A DNA stretch of 15,648 nucleotides from a bacterium. Its GTDB lineage: Bacteria > Hydrothermota > 32-111. A program made the position numbers and the translations under genes. The stretch is taken from positions 1 through 15,648 of the forward strand of contig JBFXGO010000049.1 in the NCBI GenBank assembly GCA_050239825.1. The letters run 5' to 3'. Each line of letters starts with the position of its first letter. Position 1 is the first letter of the stretch. The notes beneath the pieces were generated by a model that worked only from the letters and a program-made list of their open reading frames with translations, was not told the origin of the DNA and searched no databases. Shown piece by piece: positions 1-6,135 of the stretch.

Positions 1-3000
1 CCATTCTTTAATCTGCTGTCTATTTTTATCTCCTTCTTTCCTTTAAGCTCGTTTGATGAATAATACCCTATCTCTCTGCCGAGAACATCAATGATTTTTA
101 TATTATTTATCTTCATGCTCTCATCACCGAGAATTAACCTGACCTCTCCGCTTGTTGAACTCGTTATTTTCATCTGCTCTATTGATTTCGGTTTCTCAGT
201 CAGTAGGACTATTGAAGCTTTGGATGCGGTTTCAGCAACATCTCCAACCTCATCAAATTCATAGACACCCATCTCAATCACTCTGTTGGGATTGCCCTTC
301 AATCTGTCAAACCGTATCTCAACTGCTCCGTCTGTATAATCATCTGCTTCAAGCTGTATCAATGTCTTATTCTCCTTGCCGTATATGACATCTCTAACTT
401 CTCCGTCTATCATTACAACATACGGCTCTTTTTTGCTTGAGTTGGTTGTATTTAACTCAACCTCATAGTACCTTCCCTCATCAAGTCCGCTTATATCCTT
501 CACAAATGACTCCACTCTCCTTCCCTTCGCATTCACATAATCATATATCGGCGATTCTGTTGTCTCTGATGTGTCTGTAAATCCAGCAAAACTCGTGGGT
601 AGTGCGTTTTTATCCGTTATAAACATCACGGTATCTGTTTTGATTTTGTAAATACTCCCTGTCTTCTGCTCCCATAAACCATATACTGTGTGTGTTGTTT
701 TCTGATTTTTGGTATCATATACTGTCTTATAAGAAATATCAGGAGAAAAAACAGAATCCCTTGTCTCCATCATTGTTATTGGGTTTTTGTAATAGTTCGT
801 CTGATATGGGAATACTTTTATCCTATTCAAATCGGTTTTCTCAAGGCAGGATATGTATGTTCCATTCTTCACTTTAGGAAACCTCTTGTCTGTAAATGTA
901 GAATCAACAAAGCTTCTGCTTCCATTCATATATATCGCGTATTCATCCGTATTAACCTGCTCCTGCCAGACAAGAAATGTATTCTCTCCCTTGCACTCAA
1001 TGTAAGGGTTTAATGAAAGAGATGTGGGTGAATTGGAGATGTTCTCTATTAAAAATGAATTATACTCTTTATCAAAATACCTCAATATCACATCATAATC
1101 AGTATCCACAAATGCTATCATCGGATAGTATGTTGTGTTCTGCGAATTATACCACATGCTGATTGAGGGTGTCAGATAGGGTACTCGGGTTGCTCCACTC
1201 TGATCCGGCAAGCCGTCCTTATTTATTGCTATCTCCACCTGTGCATCTTCAGGGTTATTCGCATCAAAGACTGCATGGATGAGATTTAAATTGTCCTCTG
1301 TGTACAAGGTCTTTATTCCTGTGCTGTGAAGCAGTCCCGTCTGAAGATTCAATGCAACTGAACCCGGCTCAACTTTCAATGAACCGTTTGTCACTGTTGA
1401 AGGATCCGGAAGTGCCGCATTCTCAAAAAGGTATGATATTCCCTCATCGTACAGAAGTCCCACATCTCCATCTGAAAGCTGAACTATTGAAGGATTGAAG
1501 CCATTGGCTACCTTCTCAAGCTCCCAGCTCTTTCCCTCATCACTGCTGGTGCCTAAGATTATTTTATGCTGTCTTAATCCTATCGGCGGTTCTGTCATAT
1601 CATACATATAATATGTCATATACAATCTCTTGTCAATCGAGTTCCTTATTATATGGTTGGCGCTTGTGCTTCCGAGCGCTTTGTTCGATCGCGACCACAT
1701 GTACGGCTTCACGGTTAAAGTGTATGCCAGAAAACCTACCTTGTCAACTGTAACCCTTACATCCGTTGTCCCTCTCTGGTATATCCCGTTGATGTCAAGC
1801 TCTCCGTCAGTTCCGGTTAATCCTTCAAGAACATTCCCGTCCTTATCTGTAAATGTCGTTGTCACCGTCGCTCCGACTGAAGGAACTTTCGCTGTATTCA
1901 ATTCTTCGTCAGGTGGATATATCGCATACTCATAAGCAGTCACAAGAACATTCTCATCCTTTATTGCAGGAAGTTCATTCTTATTTACTGTAACGCTTGC
2001 AAATTCCTTATAATCAGCAAATATATCCCTCTTTTCCGTCTGAATAGTCTCAGATGTATTTACAGCTACTACTCTTGTTGGAAGAGTGTCTGTCTTGGTT
2101 ATGTTAAATGTTACATTCCCGAATTCATCTACCGGTTTCGGGTCAGCAATGACATTACCATAGTAATCCTCCAAATGCACATTTGCATAGGTGAACGGAA
2201 CTCCGCTGTAGTATCTATGTATATTGGCTGTTATTTCATCTTCGACTTCATAATCTACAGACTTTGTTGCTGTCATGTCAAACTTGTATCCGTCAGGATT
2301 GAATTCGAATATCTGCAGACCGCTTTTGGTATTTGCAGAATAAACCACATTGTTAATCACATCTATTCCTATAACACCGTTTCCATCGCCAAGCTGATAA
2401 AACCCTGCCTCTTCTATCTGAGTGGGATTTGAGATGTCTAAAACTCTCAACACCTTGCCGTCACTCGGATACTGATTGCCCATAATCGCATAATCACCGA
2501 TAACCACTATTCTGCCTTCGCTTCCGCTTTTTATAGGTTCTGCAGCAAAAGTATATGCGTTGAGTAGCTCCGGATTGGCCTTGTCGCTTACATCAACTAT
2601 GTAAAAATGGCTTCCCTGATCCATCAGATATGCTACATCATCCTTAACATAAACATCCCATAACACTTGCGCATTCGGCATCTGAATGTTTGACATCATC
2701 TGCGGGTTATTCTTATCTGTAACATCTATTATTGTCAAATAGCCGTCACCCCCTGCGCAAAACGCATAATCGCTCGTTGCATAAACGCCTCTCAAATGCT
2801 TAATTTTGTCAAAATATTTTCTACTTTCTAAACTATTTTCTCCCTGTTCAATAACCATTGAACATCTGTAATATATAAGTCCGGCATCTGTAGCCAAATA
2901 CAAATAATCAGCTTCAATTGTAGAACTACTACTGCAAAAATAAATATCTCTAATAAATGCAAAATCTTCCGGAGTTGTACTGTTCCCATAAGTATTTATT

Positions 3001-3401
3001 TCCAATAAATCCGTTGGGTCTGAAGCATCTATTTCATATAATCCATCTCCACCGGATCCTAAATAAAGTCGCGTGTATGTCTTCAAGGAATTTGACTCAT
3101 CCCCTATAACCACTCCCGTAACACATGTGTTGTATGTAATTCCAATAGGATTTATTGAATCAAGTAACAATGGATCTCTAAAATCTCTTAAATCGTATGT
3201 TTTTATCCCCGAAGATCCATCGGCTACATACGCAATACCATCTATAACTTTAACATCCTCCGCAAAATTGGCATTATCCCCTGTCAGATTCATCTGAAGC
3301 ACTGTTAAATTCAATGAATCAATCGGTGTCATAATCTCCGAATAAGCAAATATACTACTAAATAGTGTAATAACTAAAACAGTTTGTTTAAAGGGAATCA
3401 T
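1..3401 (-). CDS. Large secreted protein (>1133 aa, 3' end beyond window): signal peptide, LVIVD-repeat beta-propeller, Ig-like segments, Asp-box/BNR region, T9SS type A-like C-terminal sorting domain
   Basis: Not in the ORF track because it runs off the edge. Hand translation shows no stop from 3401 to 1. N-terminus MIPFKQTVLVITLFSSIFA-YSE is Sec-signal-like. LVIVD-type repeats: DVKVIDGIAYVADGSSGIKTYDLRDFRDP, YAFCAGGDGYLTIIDVTDKNNP, VAYLMDQGSHFYIVDVSDKANP, VLRVLDISNPTQIEEAGFY. Asp-box SSDEGKSW at ~1523-1546. Tail NIKIIDVLGREI...SRLKNG resembles a Por secretion tail. The start may instead be ATG 3489 when the CT tract is in frame. Confidence 0.9.
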   Translation of the reverse strand, partial: MIPFKQTVLVITLFSSIFAYSEIMTPIDSLNLTVLQMNLTGDNANFAEDVKVIDGIAYVADGSSGIKTYDLRDFRDPLLLDSINPIGITYNTCVTGVVIGDESNSLKTYTRLYLGSGGDGLYEIDASDPTDLLEINTYGNSTTPEDFAFIRDIYFCSSSSTIEADYLYLATDAGLIYYRCSMVIEQGENSLESRKYFDKIKHLRGVYATSDYAFCAGGDGYLTIIDVTDKNNPQMMSNIQMPNAQVLWDVYVKDDVAYLMDQGSHFYIVDVSDKANPELLNAYTFAAEPIKSGSEGRIVVIGDYAIMGNQYPSDGKVLRVLDISNPTQIEEAGFYQLGDGNGVIGIDVINNVVYSANTKSGLQIFEFNPDGYKFDMTATKSVDYEVEDEITANIHRYYSGVPFTYANVHLEDYYGNVIADPKPVDEFGNVTFNITKTDTLPTRVVAVNTSETIQTEKRDIFADYKEFASVTVNKNELPAIKDENVLVTAYEYAIYPPDEELNTAKVPSVGATVTTTFTDKDGNVLEGLTGTDGELDINGIYQRGTTDVRVTVDKVGFLAYTLTVKPYMWSRSNKALGSTSANHIIRNSIDKRLYMTYYMYDMTEPPIGLRQHKIILGTSSDEGKSWELEKVANGFNPSIVQLSDGDVGLLYDEGISYLFENAALPDPSTVTNGSLKVEPGSVALNLQTGLLHSTGIKTLYTEDNLNLIHAVFDANNPEDAQVEIAINKDGLPDQSGATRVPYLTPSISMWYNSQNTTYYPMIAFVDTDYDVILRYFDKEYNSFLIENISNSPTSLSLNPYIECKGENTFLVWQEQVNTDEYAIYMNGSRSFVDSTFTDKRFPKVKNGTYISCLEKTDLNRIKVFPYQTNYYKNPITMMETRDSVFSPDISYKTVYDTKNQKTTHTVYGLWEQKTGSIYKIKTDTVMFITDKNALPTSFAGFTDTSETTESPIYDYVNAKGRRVESFVKDISGLDEGRYYEVELNTTNSSKKEPYVVMIDGEVRDVIYGKENKTLIQLEADDYTDGAVEIRFDRLKGNPNRVIEMGVYEFDEVGDVAETASKASIVLLTEKPKSIEQMKITSSTSGEVRLILGDESMKINNIKIIDVLGREIGYYSSNELKGKKEIKIDSRLKN

Positions 3402-3402
3402 T

Positions 3403-3489
3403 CTAAAACGCTGATTTTGTAGAGAGAGAGAGAGAGAGAGAGAGAGAAGAAATCATTTTCTTCAGTGATAAGGTCTGTTTCCTTTCCAT
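3403..3489 (-). CDS. 28-aa leader ORF (MERKQTLSLKKMISSLSLSLSLSTKSAF*) spanning the CT tract; out-of-frame 5' portion of the secreted protein gene
   Basis: ATG at 3489 lies 6 nt after AAGGAGG (3502-3496). The frame crosses the CT tract and ends at TAG 3405-3403, one base before ATG 3401. Confidence 0.7.
   Translation of the reverse strand: MERKQTLSLKKMISSLSLSLSLSTKSAF
3421..3447. repeat. (AG)13A / (CT)13 dinucleotide simple sequence repeat, candidate slipped-strand contingency locus
   Basis: Perfect agagag... run at 3421-3447. It is the only long SSR in the window and lies in the 5' coding region of a surface protein gene. Confidence 0.95.
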
Positions 3490-3495
3490 ATTATT

Positions 3496-3549
3496 CCTCC
3501 TTTAGGTTAAGGTTAATAAAATGCTAAACTATATTTTAATCTTTGTCAA
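3496..3549 (-). promoter_or_regulatory. Sigma70-type promoter and Shine-Dalgarno for the leader/secreted protein
   Basis: Minus strand TTGACA (3549-3544), 17 nt, TAGCAT (3526-3521). AAGGAGG at 3502-3496. Confidence 0.7.
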
Positions 3550-3635
3550 GTCTATTGTGATTATTTTTACTAATCATGTTATGAATAATTGAGAATGTTT
3601 TACTTCTCCTCAGTTTTATCAGAGACTCTGCCCTC

Positions 3636-3663
3636 TTGCATTATATTTAAATTCCAATATACT
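3636..3663 (+). promoter_or_regulatory. Putative sigma70 promoter for the cofE-like/murJ/acpS operon
   Basis: TTGCAT (3636-3641), 16 nt, TATACT (3658-3663). An in-frame ATG follows at 3673. Confidence 0.5.
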
Positions 3664-3672
3664 TTAAATCTT

Positions 3673-4476
3673 ATGATTGCAATTTTAAAATTATACGCGA
3701 AATTTGTAAGAAAATTCATAAACAAACCCAAGAATATCAGGAAGATGTCAGGTGTTTTAAACAGAGGGTATGAAGAATTCCTTGAAAGCAGAGAGAAGGA
3801 TGCTATTGAATACGATGGAAAGAGATATTCAATAGTTAAATTTAAAACAATCACTTTCAAGAAGGGCGATAACCTCTATGAATATCTTGAATCCCTGCTT
3901 AAAAACAAGCTTGAAGAGAGCGACATTATAACAGTCGCCGAATCAATACTCGGAGTTACTCAAGGCAGAGCATTTCCGATTGAGGATATCAAACCTTCAA
4001 GATGGGCATACTTCATTTATCCTTGGGTCTCCAATGTCACTTATGGCACAGGAATCGGCATGCCCGAAACAATGGAGTGCGCATTAAGAGAGATTGGGCT
4101 CAAGAAAATGCTTAAAGCCACACTGTACGGTGCAATGGACAGAGTCATAAAAAGGCGCGGCTCATTCTATAGGATAGCAGGACCCAAGGTAAAATCCATC
4201 GACTTTAAAAAAAACCATCCGGTCGAATATCAGGGTTCGCACAACTACATAGTTCTCTCCCCGGAAGACCCTTATGGATTCTGCAGGAGAATGCATGAAA
4301 AAACAAATCACTCGACCGCAGTGATAGACGCAAACAATGTTTCAGTCGATGTGCTCGGACTCTATCCGAACACAACAGAGACAAGAAAACTTTTAATGAA
4401 GGCAATGAAAGGAAACCCGGCAGGACAGGACGATGAAAGAACACCGGTCATCATCATTAGAGAGATTAAAGCGTAG
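3673..4476 (+). CDS. CofE-like (F420-0:gamma-glutamyl ligase family) amino acid ligase
   Basis: Motifs DIITVAESILGVTQGR, AVIDANN and C-terminal GNPAGQDDERTPVIIIR match the bacterial F420_ligase family. The track start at 3589 lies upstream of the predicted promoter, so ATG 3673 (or 3745) is more plausible. Confidence 0.75.
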   Translation: MIAILKLYAKFVRKFINKPKNIRKMSGVLNRGYEEFLESREKDAIEYDGKRYSIVKFKTITFKKGDNLYEYLESLLKNKLEESDIITVAESILGVTQGRAFPIEDIKPSRWAYFIYPWVSNVTYGTGIGMPETMECALREIGLKKMLKATLYGAMDRVIKRRGSFYRIAGPKVKSIDFKKNHPVEYQGSHNYIVLSPEDPYGFCRRMHEKTNHSTAVIDANNVSVDVLGLYPNTTETRKLLMKAMKGNPAGQDDERTPVIIIREIKA

Positions 4477-5770
4477 TCCTTTTCTCTCATCAATCTTCTC
4501 CACCTCTATATTTATAGGCATTTCACGCCTGACGGGATTCATAAGAGAGATAGTCTTCTCCTCCCTAATAGGCACCTCATACATAATGGATGCATTTGTA
4601 ATCGCATTCATGGTGCCGAACTTCTTCAGAAGAATTTTAGGTGAAAAGGCGGCAGAGTCGGTCTTTATTCCTCTCTACATAAGAGAGAGGGAGAAGAGCC
4701 AAAAGGATGCGGACACATACATGTCCAACCTCTTCACAATAGTGGGCGTCATACTGATTTTAGGAACAATTCTCTTTTATCTGATTGCTCCTTTTTTCAT
4801 CCGCTTTGTGGCTCCGGGTTTTGATGCGAGGACATTCAACGCGGCTCTCTACCTTACGATGCTGATACTCCCCTATATGTTCTTTATCGGACTTTACGCA
4901 TTCATGGGGTCTCTTCTTGAGAGTTTCAAAAAATTCAACATATACAATATCGCGCCTCTTGTCTTCAATCTCACACTTATAATCATTGTTTTACTCTTTT
5001 ATAAAGAGTATCCTTTGAAATCCCTCGGCTTGGGGGTTCTAATCGGAGTAATACTTGAAACTCTCTTCCTCTTCGTTGATTTGAGAAGACTCCCTTCAAG
5101 GTACAGATTCATAATGAATTTCAGTGATTTAAGAATAAAAAAGACATTCCGCCTCCTTGTTCCGATACTCGCCGGCTCCGGAATTGAGAAACTTGCTATA
5201 TACATTGACAGGATAATGGGTTCTCTTCTAAGCACAGGCGCAATATCTTCACTTCATTTTTCATTCCTGCTGACCGACCTGCCATTTGCGGTCTTTTCAA
5301 TAGCCATAAGCAAAGTCATTCATCCTTATATTTCGGAGAAGGAAAATTATTCCTCCAAGGAGAGGTTCTCAAAATACATCAGGAGGGGAATTTTCCTGAA
5401 TGTGTTGGTGCTTCTTCCTATTACTGTGATTTTCATAATATTTGCTCAGCCGATTGTCAGATTTGTTTATATGAGAGGAGCATTTGACGCAAAATCCGTT
5501 GAGATGACAATATCGCCATTCATATTCTATACTATCGGACTAATACCTATGGGACTTGTTCAGCTTTATTCCAAGGCATTTTATTCCCTGCTCAACACTA
5601 AAACGCCTCTCTATGCCGCTCTGATAGCAACATTGATAAACATTCTGTTCAATATAATCCTGATGCCGAGGATGGGTGCGGCCGGACTAGCTCTGGGAAC
5701 ATCCATTTCAATGTGGTTTAATGCATTTTTCCTCTTCTTTAAACTAAAAGCGAGAATAAGACAGATATGA
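4433..5770 (+). CDS. murJ: Lipid II flippase MurJ (MviN), short 445-aa form
   Basis: SRLTGFIRE, DAFVIAFMVPNFFRRILGE and APGFD motifs, plus KAFYSLLNTKTP and GAAGLALGTS. Multiple hydrophobic helices. Overlaps the upstream gene by 44 nt. Confidence 0.9.
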   Translation: MKEHRSSSLERLKRSPFLSSIFSTSIFIGISRLTGFIREIVFSSLIGTSYIMDAFVIAFMVPNFFRRILGEKAAESVFIPLYIREREKSQKDADTYMSNLFTIVGVILILGTILFYLIAPFFIRFVAPGFDARTFNAALYLTMLILPYMFFIGLYAFMGSLLESFKKFNIYNIAPLVFNLTLIIIVLLFYKEYPLKSLGLGVLIGVILETLFLFVDLRRLPSRYRFIMNFSDLRIKKTFRLLVPILAGSGIEKLAIYIDRIMGSLLSTGAISSLHFSFLLTDLPFAVFSIAISKVIHPYISEKENYSSKERFSKYIRRGIFLNVLVLLPITVIFIIFAQPIVRFVYMRGAFDAKSVEMTISPFIFYTIGLIPMGLVQLYSKAFYSLLNTKTPLYAALIATLINILFNIILMPRMGAAGLALGTSISMWFNAFFLFFKLKARIRQI

Positions 5771-6135
5771 AAGCAGTCACGGGAATTGATATAATTGAAG
5801 TAAGCAGAATAAAAGATAAATTCTCAAAGGATGACAGATTCATCCGGCTTATTTACACCGAGAATGAAATAAATCAGGTAAAAGACCTTGAGATAAAGTT
5901 TCTCATACTCGCGGGAAAGTGGGCTTCAAAAGAGGCATTCTCAAAGGCGATAGGCACGGGTATCGGAGAAGAGCTTGACTGGAAGGATATGGAGATACAA
6001 AATGACATTTGGGGCAAGCCGGAGATAATTGTCAGCGGAAAGATAATCGATAAATACAGAATAAAATCAATCTCCCTCTCCATCTCCCATGTATCCGAAT
6101 ATGCAGTTGCTTCAGTTGTTCTTCTTATTGATTAG
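5767..6135 (+). CDS. acpS: Holo-[acyl-carrier-protein] synthase
   Basis: GIDIIEVSRI, LAGKWASKEAFSKAIGTG, GKP and SLSISH motifs. ATGA overlap with the murJ stop. Confidence 0.95.
   Translation: MKAVTGIDIIEVSRIKDKFSKDDRFIRLIYTENEINQVKDLEIKFLILAGKWASKEAFSKAIGTGIGEELDWKDMEIQNDIWGKPEIIVSGKIIDKYRIKSISLSISHVSEYAVASVVLLID

Noticed and set aside
152..3297. Short plus-strand ORFs (152, 690, 692, 977, 1630, 2175, 3073)
   Set aside because: Antisense shadows of the long minus-strand gene, with no recognisable motifs.
1..3400. Apparent 3.4-kb gene desert suggesting an alternative genetic code, pseudogene or non-coding element
   Set aside because: The minus strand is fully open in the standard code. The ORF caller missed it because the stop lies outside the window.
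3505..3516. GGTTAAGGTTAA direct repeat near the exoprotein transcription start
   Set aside because: Only two 6-mers, compatible with chance. No flanking inverted repeats indicating an invertible promoter were seen.
3589..3672. Track start (TTG 3589) for the cofE-like ORF
   Set aside because: The extension overlaps the predicted promoter and AT-rich intergenic DNA. ATG 3673 or 3745 is more plausible.
4204..4215. TTTAAAAAAAAC slippery or homopolymer run in the cofE-like gene
   Set aside because: The zero frame continues to the conserved C-terminal motif. An A8 run is unremarkable in AT-rich DNA.
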